Shown in pieces: positions 1 to 17,699 of a DNA stretch of 46,842 nt. The notes below the pieces were generated by a model. The model saw only the letters and a program-made list of their open reading frames with translations. It had not been told where the DNA came from and made no database searches. Location of the stretch: positions 1 to 46,842 of the forward strand of contig JAHBMJ010000476.1 of NCBI GenBank assembly GCA_018398765.1. Reading direction: 5' to 3'. The position numbers and the translations under genes were made by a program. Within the stretch, counting starts at the first letter, position 1; the number at the start of each line of letters is the position of its first letter. The stretch is from Chromera velia (lineage: Eukaryota).

Positions 1-3000
1 GAACTGACTAGAATGAGTCCATCTTTCTCGGTGTCCGCTGGCGCCGGCTGCATGAGCTCCACCTCATCTCCCGTCTCCTACTCCTGCCCTGACGGCTCCT
101 CTCCCGCCGGCGGAATGTGCAGCACCACCACCTACTCCACTGTGCAGTCCTGCCCCGCGTGAGTCGCTTGAGTCTGCCCTTTTTGTTCTGCATGTTCTCC
201 ATGTGCCTCTTCTGCCTCTTCGCTTTGTCCTGACGCAGCTCTGCCGCTCCTTCCCTCTCTTCATTTCCTCCGACAGCTTGTCTGTCTCCTTTAAAGATCC
301 TTCGCCTAACAACTTCCAACCCTGTTTCTTCCTCTTCTCATTTTCTGATAAGAAGAACACTTCAGACACCCATCAGTAGACACATGCAGCTATCGCGTTT
401 CCTTCCTGCCCCTCTGCTCTTCTCTCTTCTCCCCCCCTGCAGCGGCTACACCGACACCGGGGCTGGCTGCATGACCTCCTCAACCATCCCCGCCACTGCA
501 GAGACCACCTACGTCGCCGCAGCGGCACCCGCAAAGTCCCACGCCGCCCCACTGCTCTCCAAGAGCCACGGCCACGGCCACCACAACGACTAAGTAAAGA
601 GAGGGGACTGAGCAGAAAAGGAAGGGGAGTTCGATCCATAGACAGGGCAGAACCGTCAGGACGAGAAAGGAGGGAGAAGGAAGCGAGGCAAGAAGAGATG
701 GGCTTCTTCCCGACTCCCTCTGTACACGTTTTATTACGCATCTGTTAAGACAGACACGGCAGACTCATCACCCGCCATCTTTCGAGTTGCCTGTTGTCTC
801 CATGATGGCTCTTTTTTTCGTGTATTCGTTTCGTTTCGTCGTTCTGTTTCGTGGTCTTCTTCGACTTGACTTGACTGTTTGCGTTGAGGAAGGGGGGGAC
901 ACAGCTAGCTCAACCTTCAGCATTGTTGTTTTCTTTCTCGCGCATGAGTCGTTGGTTTCATTGACTCCTGACAAAATTTTAACGAGGGTTCCTTTTCATG
1001 CGTGTGCATGTACATGCGTGCGTGTGTGTGTGTGTGTGAAATGAGCAAACCGACAAAAAGGTACATCGAGCAAACGAGTCCAAAGGAGGCTGTGCGTGTT
1101 GCTGTGAAAAGAAAGGAAGAGTCCGAACGTCAAAGCAAGAGAGAAACGATAGTACTTAAAAAATATGAAAAGGTACTGAACAATGAAAGGAAGTGGTTAA
1201 AGTCCACGATCTGTAAACGGAATTTGACAGAGGCGCAAACGTGTCGTTCTTTTCGTTCTACGTTGTGGCAGGCACAGAGAGTAAAAGTCAATCACAGCTG
1301 CATCTCATGTGGCGTCGCTTAATTCTTGCCTCGGATTGTCCATCTGAAATTGAAACTTTGGAAGACAGGTGCACGTCGAACTGACTAGAATGAGTCCATC
1401 TTTCTCGGTGTCCGCATAATCGGGAGGTGAGAGTTGCTTGTCGAGGTTTGAGCAAGGCGTGTCGCGCAACCAGAAAGAACCTGACAACAGATCCTGTCCT
1501 AACGTAATGAAAGTGCATGGAACTGTGATGTGCAAAGTTTTTCCCGCGTGTCCTCCAGTCTTCGTTTCTTTTCTTTCTTCCTCTGCTTTCTCTGTGTCTT
1601 CGCAAAGTCTGATGTTTCGTTTTGTGTGTCCGCTTCCAACGTGTGACGTCACGGCAACTATGAAATCCGATCGATGCTCGCATTCACTGTGAAGAACTGC
1701 CACAGTGCGTGGTTTCTTTTTCTTTCCTTTTGTGCGTGCAAGGCACGGTGCGCACCCTGTGGAGAACTCTTCTTTCTGACTTTTATGCCGATCGAGGGTC
1801 TATGATCGATTCATCTTCGTGCCCATGCATGCCTGTATGTATGTGACGGACAAACGGTTCTTCCGTCCAACAGTTAGCAGGCTTGCTGCAGCCAGTAAGC
1901 CGTATGACTTGTTCATGCACTCACTGAGTCCATGTGAAGCAAATAAAATCATCGTGATCGGAAGACCAAAATGCGGAAGCACTAAGGAGCCGGTCTCCCG
2001 GAAGCATGCGCGGGTGAAAGCGGTTGATCTCGCGGATCGATCCGACTGAATCTGCCTGCATGCCTGCATGGGTGAGCCGTCTGTGCGAGGTCAAGCAGAC
2101 CTGCCGGTTTCTCTGTGTATCCGTAGATGCCCTAGTAGACGCCCCGTGTGCGTGCGTGCACTCGATCTGACATCTCGAATCGCTATAGCTGACAGGTGCG
2201 TGCCGGTCTAGGTGCCGGTGTGCTGAGGACAGCAGGATCGTTTCAGATAAGTGCGTGAGTGTCTGGCTTGAACGTGTGGTATCGCGTGTCCGTCAGTGGG
2301 ATTTACCTATCAGAAAGGAGCGGTCCATGTTCGTCTCTTGTCCGACGTTAAAATCTTTTTTTTAATTTATCGGTTCAAGAGTATGAAGTATTGTTTTTGA
2401 GTACGTGGTTTTGAATCTTAATTTCTAAAGTTCTAGCTAAAGTTATATCTGCTAAAATAATTTATTGTTTATACGGAGAGACTGGTCAGGCCAACACAGA
2501 GAGTATAGTGATTGAATATAAAGTTTTGATTCGTTTGGGTTTTGAAGGAGCCATGAGGGGAAAACTTAAAAGCTATTAAATTTACACTAGCCAAAAATTA
2601 TATGGCCCAAAATTCTGTGTGTAAGAACGTTTTAATTTTTAAACTTAAACTTTGTATCAATTTCTCTTTTGAAATTGAATATAGTGAGTCCTGATCTAGC
2701 CTATTAATTAGGATAGAATCTAGGATAGGATTTATGTTTCGAGTTGCCCCACGGTCCACTGTCGGGCCTCGACTTGCACCGTCGATTAAACCGTTTAGGA
2801 CCTACTAGTGCAACCTACCGCGTTACCTGCGAGCCTAAATTGCTGCCTAATGATAAGAAGTATTAGGAACCTAATTGTTCCGTCAGGCCTACAGAAGCTA
2901 TAGGGCTCAGATACGTGCTTATACGATCTTACACATAGAGGTCTATTAGAGAGGGCACCTTTCCTTTAGGCTTGCCTTCTCTCTATAACAGGCAGCATGT

Positions 3001-3280
3001 ATGCGCGTCCATTCTCTGTATCTGAGAATTACTGTCAATAATAGGCACGCGTCTGTATTGAACCAATCACTCTGTATTGGACCCTTTTACTATTAGGTCG
3101 ATCTTGCTTATCGAAGGACTTAGTGTTTCTCTTATTCATGATCCATAACACCAATTAAATCTAGAATTAAATTGTATGCAAATTGATTACAAATCAAATT
3201 AAAATAACAAATAATCATAAATTTAAAACTGTTTTACCTAATATTTTACCTAGTTGATTAAAGAAGAATTGAAACAGACC

Positions 3281-3448
3281 AACCTCCCTAAACCTAAGTG
3301 CCACTTAAAAAAATCTAATCAAGATGATCTGTACCTGCGGCATCGTTTTTCAAGAGACTGTAAATGATCTGCGCCTGCGGCGCAGACTTTCAAACTTATC
3401 TAAAAATGCGGCTTAAACTTTCAAGTGGTAGTTAGGTTCAAGGAGGTC
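3281..3448. mobile_element. 168-bp MITE with ~26-bp imperfect TIRs and 8-bp TSD
   Basis: Left end aacctccctaaacctaagtgccactt versus reverse complement of right end gacctccttgaacctaactaccactt. Flanked by aacagacc at 3273-3280 and 3449-3456. Two internal gatctg..cctgcggc motifs. Confidence 0.75.
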
Positions 3449-5188
3449 AACAGACCTATAGAAACAGCCACTTATGAGGTAGTCCACATTGCACCTTGAG
3501 GTAGTGCATTCGTCCAAAGCACCTTACGCCTTGCACCTATCACCTTTTCTCATCCTTAGTCCACAATGAGTCTTCAGTAGCTCTTCATATGCACTTTTAA
3601 TACTGAAATTGCTGATTGATCTATATAGTGGCCGATAAGTGGAAGACATGCACCTAGGCATGAAGTTACCATGAACTCTTTTGAATAGTTAACCTACGCA
3701 GTTACACAGTTACAACTTCAACTTACACTATTCAATCAGGACTATTATTTTATAATAACTTTTTGGAATTATAACAGTTCTGGCAGTGTCAGTACTACCA
3801 CTTCTTATTCTTTTTGAGCTTGAATCATTTTTTTTATATTTTTCTTGAATTGATATTTAGATTGCTTTTAATATGTTCTCGATTCAATTTAGTAGTCGCA
3901 AGCTAGCATGCCCTGCCAGAAGTGGGAAAGTCTAAGAAGAAATGCAGTTGTTAAGCTAGCTAGTAAGTTAAATGCCAAATTTTGCTAAATGAAGGTCCAT
4001 CCGCGAGATGATCGCTCTTATATCTGCGCTCCAGCCTCCGGCAGGTATGAGGGCGGTAGAGAAATGAATAGCCAAATTAGCGTGAGTTCATACTGTTATG
4101 TGGGAATGGGTCAATGCGTTAGATGAACAAACCAACATTGCATGTCATGCCCCGTGGTTGGCTAGAGTCTAAGTGGTGGCTAGTGGTGGCTCACCAGCTT
4201 TAACCGCCTCAATTCTAAATTCAATTCAATACTCCTTGACAACACAGACAGTGCATGAGAAGCGAAAGCTGAATGCGTCCGCCGACGCTTTGCTTGCCAA
4301 GATGATTGCATGGGCAGAGTAAGAGGGGCTCAGCACAGACGACGATGAGATGAACGGAAGGCTGATTGACTTCCTGAAGCGAGGGGGGATGAAAAAGACC
4401 ACGATTCCGATGGTGATCTCCAAGAGAGAGCTCGTTCAAATAGTTGCATTCATCATTTCGTTTCCTTAGTCGTTTCCCCACCATGAATGAGTTGATCAAA
4501 AAGACTGATCATGAGAATATGAAACTCCTCCCTTACACTCTTGACGTAGTATCAAGCTTTTCTATCATGCAGAGAAAGAGGTCACAGAAAGCTGCAATGC
4601 AAAATTAATTGATGTAAATTGACTGACCTGATATTGCATGCACGAGTCCTGATTGCATGCATAAGTTGATTTAGCAGTGATACATACACCATGTACCGCC
4701 GTCTCGTTTGCTCTGAATAAGAGAAACCGCTCGATCCTCATTAGGCACAAGCAAGCAGGACGTGTCTCTCCTACGAGAACCCTTTCATAGTACTTGCTGA
4801 CATCATGAAGACTACCCAGATCTAGTCTCAGGCTCTTAGAGGTCAATCTAGAGGTCAATTCATCATTTAACAATCTGCTTTGCGTGACTTGCCGAATGCT
4901 GAACGCCTATTATGGCCGATAACGATGGCGCATGATGATGATGATGATTTTAATAATGAATCAATATCAAAACTTAGGTTCTCTATTTAATCCCAGTCGC
5001 TGTTAGCGTCCCTTGGTGCCTGTGCCGCGGTAAGGGAAGCGACACTGGCAAAGAAACACTTAAGCGTCCCCCGTTAATTACAAGAATGAAGCTTCAACTA
5101 GTCATGCTTTGATTATCATTGTGTATGAATTCTTCTTAAAGAATCTAGTCGAAAATTTAATACCTCTGTGACCATCCTCATTCTTCCT

Positions 5189-9258
<4,070 letters not shown>

Positions 9259-9660
9259 ACGAATCCGAAGTAAAGTAAGAATATCTCTTCCCTGGTTCTT
9301 ACAGCACAGGTTTTTGCGCTCGAGAAAGGACAAGGACGAGGATACAGCCAAGGCACAAGGGAACAGGCAGGGACGCAGGCATGTAGACGGACCCAGTCGA
9401 CTTTGATACTCTACACTTTGAAGTTTGATTCGACCCCTATAGATGCATGGCAGCACCCCGGCGGCCGCCCCGCGCGGCCCCCCCCGCGCCGCGCCCGGCC
9501 GGCCCGCCCCTCACCCGCGTGCGCCCTTTCACATGCAAACACCATGCAGTTTCTGAAGTCTCGCCCCTCCCTATCCCCTCCCTTCACTGCCCTAGCTAGC
9601 TGTCGTTGGAGTCGCTTGCGTGCTTGAAGAGCATTGAGAGCGGAGCTAGTACGCAGCAGA
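9259..9660. promoter_or_regulatory. Putative bidirectional promoter between ADAT2 and the ALKBH-like gene
   Basis: The two ATGs are divergent and ~400 bp apart, with a very GC-rich core at ~9455-9525 (ccccggcggccgccccgcgcggccc...). Confidence 0.6.
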
Positions 9661-11816
9661 ATGACTGAAATACCGCAAGACGTGATTGATCTCACAAACG
9701 ATTCTGGGGAGGAGAAGGAAGAGGGAGAGACGAGGAGACGGCCAGAAGAGTCGGCGCCTCTATCGGAACCGAATTCCTCCTCGTTGTCCAGTCTTTCGGA
9801 CACCCTCACCTCCTCTTTGAACAGAAGCAAAAAACGGTCCATTGAACACGTAGAGGGAAAGTTTCAAGAGGCAAATTTGTTTCTTGCCGAGAGAAGTTCC
9901 GGACACAAACCCGCCCTTCCCGTCTCCTTGCCCCAACCTACGAAGGAGACGGCCAATGCGTTTGACATTTTGTTGAAGAAGCAAAGGCGCAAAGTCCCCG
10001 TACCCTTATCAAATGCTCCCTCCTTGTCTCTTCCCTCCTCTACAGCTGTGAGTATAGTTCCAAGGGGAAACGACGCCGAGGGAAAGGCCGGTGCCTCATC
10101 AAATGGATTTGGGTGGACGGCCGGGAAAGCAGGCAGCGCTTCAAGAAAGGCAAAAAATGCAGAAGAAGAAAAGGGCAACCGCCTCACGGTTCCCTCTCAA
10201 GCCTCAGAGCTCTCGTTTCGCTCTACAGCCTGTAAACCTGGGGCGGTAGGGGAAGGAACTTGCCTGAGTGCAAATACGGCAGATCAGTCTTCCTCTTCCA
10301 CCTCCTCCTCCTCCTCCTTTTCTTCTTCGTCTTCATCAATGTATATTTCTGCAAGAACCGAAGCTTCGGCATCGCTCCCCCCCTTCCCCCAGCCGTTTGT
10401 CCGTTCTTTCTCTTCCCTCCAAGGTCTCTTCCTGATCGAGAACCTGGTTTCACAGGAGGAAGAGGCTCAACTGCTCTCGTTCCTCTTCAACAACCCAAGC
10501 ATCCAGTCACCCGCAGTCGAACACCCCCAGCCTGAATCTGACTCCTCGAGGATCCTGGCTGTTCCTCAGCGGAGTGGACGTTCAACGGATGGTCCTCTTC
10601 CTCTCTCTCTTCCTCCACCGCCTTCTGCTGCTGCTGTTGCTGCGAGTGGGTGGAGGCAGTCGGGATTCAACGGGCCGTACTTGGTCAAGACCTGGGGTCA
10701 GCCTGTCAGTCAGTCTGTCAGTCAAATGAGACGAGACAAAGTGGGAAGCTAGGCAGCTTTCAGTCAGAGTATGCACTAATGTAACGCTGCATGAATTAGG
10801 GCGACATCGGTGACGTTTTGAGGTTCACGTTTGTGATGAACTGACTGACCCCTGCATGTTTCGTGAACCCGTGCGTGGGGTTATCCATTTCGTTCGATGA
10901 CAGCAGAGGAGAGGAGTAAATGCAGGCAACGATCTGACCACAAAGGAGAGTCCAAAAAATGAAAACAAGGAGAGTCCAGCCTCTGTTGCTTGCTGCATCG
11001 TAACGAGGGCCGGAGGGCGACAGGTGGAAAATGCCCTGGCATGCATTCAGGGCAGCGTAAGCAGTAGCACCGTCCCTCACGGTCCACTGATCCACAGCAT
11101 AAGGCCAACGTAGCCTCCAAGATTCTCTCTCCCGCTGTCGTTGGAAGGAAAGGGGTGAGAAGAGAAGGTGGAGTGTGTGGTATCTTCCCGCTGAACATGT
11201 CGGCGGGGTCCTTGAATGAATGTATATGCGCATGTCTTTGTTTGGCATTGTACGTTCCCTCCCCTCCCCTCCATTGCAGGTGTACAGACTGACTTCCAGA
11301 AGCGCTGTGTGTCTGCTCCCGACCGCTCTAGAGGGGGTCGTCTGTTTCCCTCGGAGTCCTTGGATTTTGTGTGGAAGAGGGCGAAGGAACTCATCGGCAA
11401 AAAGAGGATTCCTGCGTTAGAGGGATGGAGGCCAAATGAGGCAAATGCGAATCTGTACCTGTGAGTGGCCTTCGTTTTTCATCGATCGGCATGAAGCACA
11501 GAAAGGAAGGAAGGAAGGAAGGAAGGAAGAAAGGCAGTGAGGGAGGAAAGGACGGCAAGAAGAGAAAAAGAAAAGGAGGGGAGACGGAAACACACAAAAT
11601 GAGGAAGCATTCATGAATTAAGATTCTATCGCAACACAAAGAGGGAGCATGAAGGCCTTGCCAGAAATTTGCGGAGAAAATCGTGGGGGTGTAATTTAGA
11701 GAGAAGCACGGGGTCGCTCGCACCAGTGCAAGTGCCTGGTGTGTTCGTCCTCGACACCATCTTTTCAGATTGTGTCTGTCTCTCCCTTCGCCCCCCCTCT
11801 TCTGTTTTTCTCTCTT

Positions 11817-11861
<45 letters not shown>

Positions 11862-12928
11862 TCTGACCCTTCTCTGTGTCTCTCTGTCGCCCTCCTAAGC
11901 ATCTCTCAGCGGTCTCTCTCTCTCTTTGCCCTCCTTCCTTTCGACGGTCTTGTCTTCTTTTCTTTTCTTTTCTGACAGACACGCACGTACGCATGCATGC
12001 ATTGACGCAGCATCTTTTCCTTCATGATAGATGCATCTTGCGCATGTCTGCCTGCCTGCATGGCTGTCTGTATTCCTGCTGACTCCCCGTTTCCTCCCGT
12101 GTGTGCATGCAGAAGCGACGCCGGGCACTTCCTTGAGCCGCACTTTGACGATCGCTTTCTGTCGGGGCCCGTTCTCATGACTCTGTCTCTCCAGGGTCAC
12201 TGTGCAATGACGTACAAAAAGGGCAAACAGGAACAGAAGGAGAAATCAAAATCGGGAGCAGGGACGATGGCTGGGAAAGGGAAACGAGAGGCCGTTCAGC
12301 CAAAGCAGCTGCAGACTCGTCTAAATCTCCTCTCTACGATCCATCAACCATCTTCCTCTTCTTGTCCACCAAGGCAGAAAGGGGCAGAACGGAACTCGAT
12401 ATCTGAAGACAGAAGAGACGAGGGCCCGTCCAGCAAGTGCACTTCTGCTGCCGCCACAACAAGCACAGTTTCGTCTTCTGGTACATCTCTCACCGTTCAA
12501 CTGCCCCCTCGATCGATATTGGTCGGTGATGCTTGCTTGCTTCCTTGCTTGCTCGGTTGCTCCATCCATGCAAACAGCGGATACTTACAGCGAGTGTTTT
12601 GTCATCAGCTTGTCAGCACTCTGGTGTGATAGGCAAGAAGGATTCTCTCAATCATCTCACCTTCCATGCGAATGCAGGCCAGGCTTGCAAGCAACTCTTC
12701 CTTCACGCCCGCAATTCCATCCCATCAGTTCTCCCACAGGAAGTCCCACTTCTCCTGGCCCCTCCCTCCATCCGGCTGCATGCCTTCGTTCTCCCTCCAC
12801 AGCTGCACATCTGTAACGGGTGCGTGTGTGTGCAGGTTGTCTCTGGAGCCGCTAGGTACGACCACACTCACGAAATCCAAAGAGGACACATTCAGGACTC
12901 GCATAGGGTCTCGATAACCTTCAGACAC
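9661..12928 (+). CDS. ALKBH4: AlkB-family 2OG-Fe(II) dioxygenase, ALKBH4-like; 3' end uncertain
   Basis: Exons 9661-10696, 11280-11460, 12113-12521, 12836-12928 splice in phase at GT-AG. Motifs: GLFLIENLVSQEEEAQLL, NEANANLY..GHFLEPHFDD (HxD), LPPRSILVVSGAARYDHTHEI (distal H), RVSITFR. Long low-complexity N-terminus. The family call is firm; the subfamily is by recalled resemblance. The last exon is unresolved (read-through stop at 13006 or splice to ~13143). Confidence 0.75.
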
Positions 12929-13275
12929 GTACGTACGTTCGTGTGTCATGCATGTGTTTGTGCGGGCCTGTTTGTATTCTTTTTGCCTTCTGTTTTTTCT
13001 TTTTGATCATGGGCTGACTTCGTCTTTGTCTGTTGGGGGGCTCCTCTTCTTTCTTCTCGTTGCCGCGTTTCCTTGATTCTTTCCTTCCGGACTTCGCGTG
13101 CCTCTTTTGTTCCTCTGGCTAATCTTCGACGTACTGCTGCAGGAGAACAAAACTAACACACCATTGCGTCGAGTGATGGTCCTGCCTGCCTTCCTCCCTC
13201 CCTCGTTCCCTCTTTACTGTCGTTCATACGTTTTGTCTGTCGCTTCGGTCTCTTCTGACTACTTCTCTTGTTCTC

Positions 13276-13308
<33 letters not shown>

Positions 13309-14787
13309 GTCTCTGTCTGTCTCTCTGTCTGTCTGTCTGCCTGTCTGCCTGCCAAAAGAAGAAAGAAACAGAAGAGAATGATCAGGAGAAAAAGGGAAAG
13401 AAAAGACTGTCTTTCTCTCTGGCTGTGAAAAAGAAAAGTCATAGACTCTGTCGCTTTCTCGTATGGCCTGTGTGTGTGAGTGAGCGGACGGAAAACAAAA
13501 GAAACCATCTCTCTTTCGCGCGCGCGCGCGCGCGCGCACACACACACACACACACTCATTCCCCCGTTTGTGTGTGTGTGTGTGTGTTTGTGTGTGTGTA
13601 TCTTCTTTCATGATCCATCCTTTGCTGTTGTGATCTTGGCAAGAAGCCTCCCACTATCCTTCTCTTTGTCTGTTTTTTTTTTCGCGCTCCCTCAGTGCTT
13701 TCGTCCTTGTTGTATCCCTGCCTAGATTCCTGCTCTTTTGCAGTTTTTCTTGTGCCACGCAACTCTTAATTGCTGCATGTGTGGCAGGCTCTACATCCAT
13801 GCACCCTTCCCTTCCCTTCCCAGAGTGTACATAAATTTCCAGCCAGATTTCTATTTACGTACTCTGAACAATTATGCATTGGAATATGTGCAGGCAAAGA
13901 CCGCCTGCGATGGGCGACAGTGGAAATGAGTTCAATGACCTGCTTCAATGATTACACGATTGAGGAACCGCGCTATCACCTAGGCTATCTCGTCGCCGGT
14001 CTAAGTGACAACAATTCTAGCAACGTACAATTCAGATTCAAGTTGTCTGGTTATCTACCACCGGCAATACCTAGAGGCAGATGCTCAAAACTCAGCTTAA
14101 AGCATCATCTACATGCTGGGACCACCTAGGGGACCACAGTCTGATCGAGACCTATTGTGCAGAAGTTGGAGTGGAACAGCAAACTGTTTTAACCATTTCG
14201 ATTCCTATAGTTTAATTCTAGCTAACCCTATAGAGCTAACATGGGGGGCATTGACTTAAAGTTTGTTCCTAGCATTTGGCTTATGCGTCTTTCGTGTCTT
14301 CCTTCTGTGACAAGTTCTGTCCTGGTTACTGCTCTCGCTGCTAGCTCTCTCTCTCATACGACCTCATACTTGACGCTCCTCCGTCCGAATGCGTTCTTCG
14401 GTATTTAGTAAGTACTTATTATCCCTCAGTCATGACCAGCGCACTGCCTACTCCTCCTTCCTCCCAGCCCTCCCCTTGCACTCCTCTGGTCCCCTAAATG
14501 CACGCGCTTGCCGCTTTCAGGTGGGCAATCTGCAGTCGGACTCGAATCTGGCCGCACGTCTTACTTATGTGTTGCCCCCATTTCTCACTTAATCGCTCTG
14601 CCACCCTCTTCAAAAACATCTTAGCCTCCCCCTCCATTGTCCCATCGACCGTACTCACAAGTGGGGTGAAGTTGCACCCTCTGTCCGCACTTGCCTGCCC
14701 ATGTTTCCTCTTCTTTTCTTCTGCTGCTGCTTTGAGGGCTTGAGTCTAGGTCACCTTCTCCCTCGAGGCGGCGTGTAGGTTTATCAC

Positions 14788-15989
14788 TAGTGACCATGTT
14801 TGATTTGATTTGATTTGATTTGAGGTAGGGCTTAAGCTTAAATCAAATATCCAGTCAGGGAGGACCTAGTGTTTAAAGACCTATCAAAATACGATCAAAT
14901 ATTTGATCAATATGACTTTCAACCTCAAATATGAAGGTCCCGAAAAAACTTTTGCAAGTACCGATCCGTCACGCATGCTGATTCAAATGAAAAAACCTAA
15001 ATCTTGATGGTTTGCTCTAAAAAAAAAACCGTTTTAAGCTGCACTGAAATTGACGTTTCACCCCCTTTTACTTCATCCAGAGGTAAACCGATCAGCTGAA
15101 CGTTTTCCCGAACAGCTGTGTTGACTTTTCTGGTGCTGGAACATCTTTTACAGCCCCTTTTTTGAGCGTCTGCAAACATTTTACACCCCGTAAAGACATG
15201 TCACACAATCCAACAGGGTCGAACGGGAAGAAGGAGGCATTTGTTTTTAGAGCCGGGTACGCAAAAAAAATATAGTCCGTGCAAAAGGGGGCAAATGTGA
15301 TTCAGTGTCAGGTGAAAATACAAGGAGCCGAGGGGGAAGGAAAAACTATTTATGGCTGTGAGTATGCAGCAGCGGTAACCAGTTCTTTTCAAACCCACCT
15401 CATCAATCAGCAGTTCCAGAAAGGTAAGGGAAAAGGCAACGGGGGGGCTACTGAATAGAAGCCCAGGAGCACCCACTCCTGGAAAGCCGAAAAGCCAGAG
15501 AAAAAGCTCTCAGCAGCTCCCACCACCGATCGATGTGATTCATATTGAAGAAAGTGATCATGAAGAAGAGGAAAAGGAAGTGCCATAAAGCTGAGTGATT
15601 GTTACCTCAATTTTGGTACGTGCTCTAACTTTATCGTATCAACAAAAAGTTATATGCAATTTCAAATCTATCAATTTTACGTTCTTAATCTCTATTAGTA
15701 CTAGAGTGAGTCTCAGTGACTAGTGTATATACACTGCCACACAGGCATATTTTTTTTACGGAACTGATAAGTTATAATTTTATATATATTTTTTTAAATT
15801 TTTGAAACACACATCAGAAATGTTCTGATAACTATTGTCATAAGAAAAATGATCAGAGTGATAGTAAGTCAGTGACTCAGTGAGGAACCCTAAGAGGTTA
15901 ACCTCAAATCTTACCTCAAATATCAAATATTTGAGGTTAAAGCTCAAATCAAATCAAATCAAATATAATTAAATCAAACATTATCACTA
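14788..15989. mobile_element. Non-autonomous hAT-like DNA transposon (1202 bp) inserted in the CRE endonuclease domain
   Basis: TIRs tagtgaccatgtttgattt / aaatcaaacattatcacta, perfect 8-bp TSD tttatcac (14780-14787, 15990-15997), subterminal (TTTGA)n. Removing it restores FDTRVINLHAASR. Confidence 0.9.
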
Positions 15990-17699
15990 TTTATCACCCT
16001 GGTATCGAAAATTACCAGCCTCTGTAGAGCATAGGCCCCCCGGACTTGGAAGTCCCCCCTTAGCGCCGGATATCCTTGCACCTCCCCTTCCTCCCTAATG
16101 ATCGGCTCCTTTGCATGAACCGCTTCCGCGGAGTATGCTTCCACTGCTAGACTTGCCCATGTGTGGTTGACTTCGTCATGTTGCAGCGTGGGCAGTCCCC
16201 CTACTGGGCAGTTGAGGGCGTGTTACAGACTCCACCTTCCCCCACATCCCTCACATCTGCTCTTTTCCCCCCCTACCCTCCCCTGATATCGGATTATCAT
16301 CGCATCCCGGAATTCGTCTGGGCTGAGATTTATTCTGTGTTCCTTCAGGGGGGTGGCCGTCAGCCATCCTGACTGCCTCTTTTCTTTTGACTGCCTAACT
16401 TCCTCACACTGGTCATTACTGGCTGCCTGCCCTGACTGGCTGCCTAATCTCTCCCACTCCTTCTCTACTGCTTCTTTTACTGCTTCTTTGTGGGCTGCCC
16501 TTGCCTTCTGCCCCCTCTTCATATGCTCGTCTGCATCTATGTCCTCTCCGCGAAGGATGGCCTTTGTGATCGCTTCACTGGCTGCGGCTGAGATCTTGTA
16601 GTCCCTGTCCGCTCTTTCGGTGGGTTTAGGGATGCCTAGGCTTAGCAATCAGACCGGGAGGGCGGCAACGTCTCTCAGGCATACGTCGTACTGGGTGGGA
16701 GGCCCTCCATTCCGTCGTCCTTTCATCAGGGCGGGGATGAGGCGGTCTTTGATCGTGCCTTCCAGCTGCCTCATCTGTCCCCCCGCCCCTGGCACTACCC
16801 GCACCACAAACTTCCATTCGTGTTGCAGGGATTTGGAACAGGCTGCGTATGCTTCGTGTGGGGCAAATTCTGCTACTGTTGCGACTCTTTCCACGTTTCC
16901 AGCCCACTCCTTCACCTTCTCCTGCACCCATTTCTCTCTGTGTGCGTTCATGCCTACGTACTCCCTAGGAGACGCGTCCCCTCTACTATCTGTAGGTCGG
17001 GGAACTCTGCAAAAATCTCCTTGGCTTTCTGCATAAATTGTAGGAGCACTGTAAGGATCAACTTGTCGACCTCCACTACATATTACCCTGCCGCGGGCCC
17101 CCTCTTAACTAACTCGCGCAGTCATGCTCACAGCTGGCGCAACCAGCCCGGCCCAGTATTGGACACGTCATCCGCATACCAGAGCTGGTGCTAGTATCTC
17201 TGGGGGGGATCGGGCTTCTGCTGCTGTTGCTTTTTCTTCTCTGTTCTGGCTGCCACCCCTGCACTCCATCTGTCCGTTGTGAAAAACCAGTCGCTTCCGT
17301 TTCAGGCCGACGCGAAGGCGGCTGAAGAGGACGATGCTGTGCGATGCGAATCGCCAAGGGGTAGGGCTGGTGGGCGAGCTGAGGGGGGGTACGAGTGGAG
17401 GGAGGAGGGGGAGGAGGAGGAGGATGAGGAGGAGGACGAGGAGGAAGAGGCATGGAGGGAGGAGGAGGAGGAGGAGGAGTAGGAGGAGGAGGAGGAAGAG
17501 GGGGAGAGGGAAGAGGGGGAGGATAAAATGGGGGAGGAAGCTGAAGATGATGAAAGGGCGGCTGCCTGTCTACCTGTCTTGTATATCGGGTTGTTCTCTC
17601 TTCCTGTGTGGTTAGGTGTATGAGTGGTTGTAGCAGTAGGTGTATGGTCTTCGGCTTCCTGTCTTCTGTCTCTCGCCCCTGTCTGTTTCTCCTTGTTTG

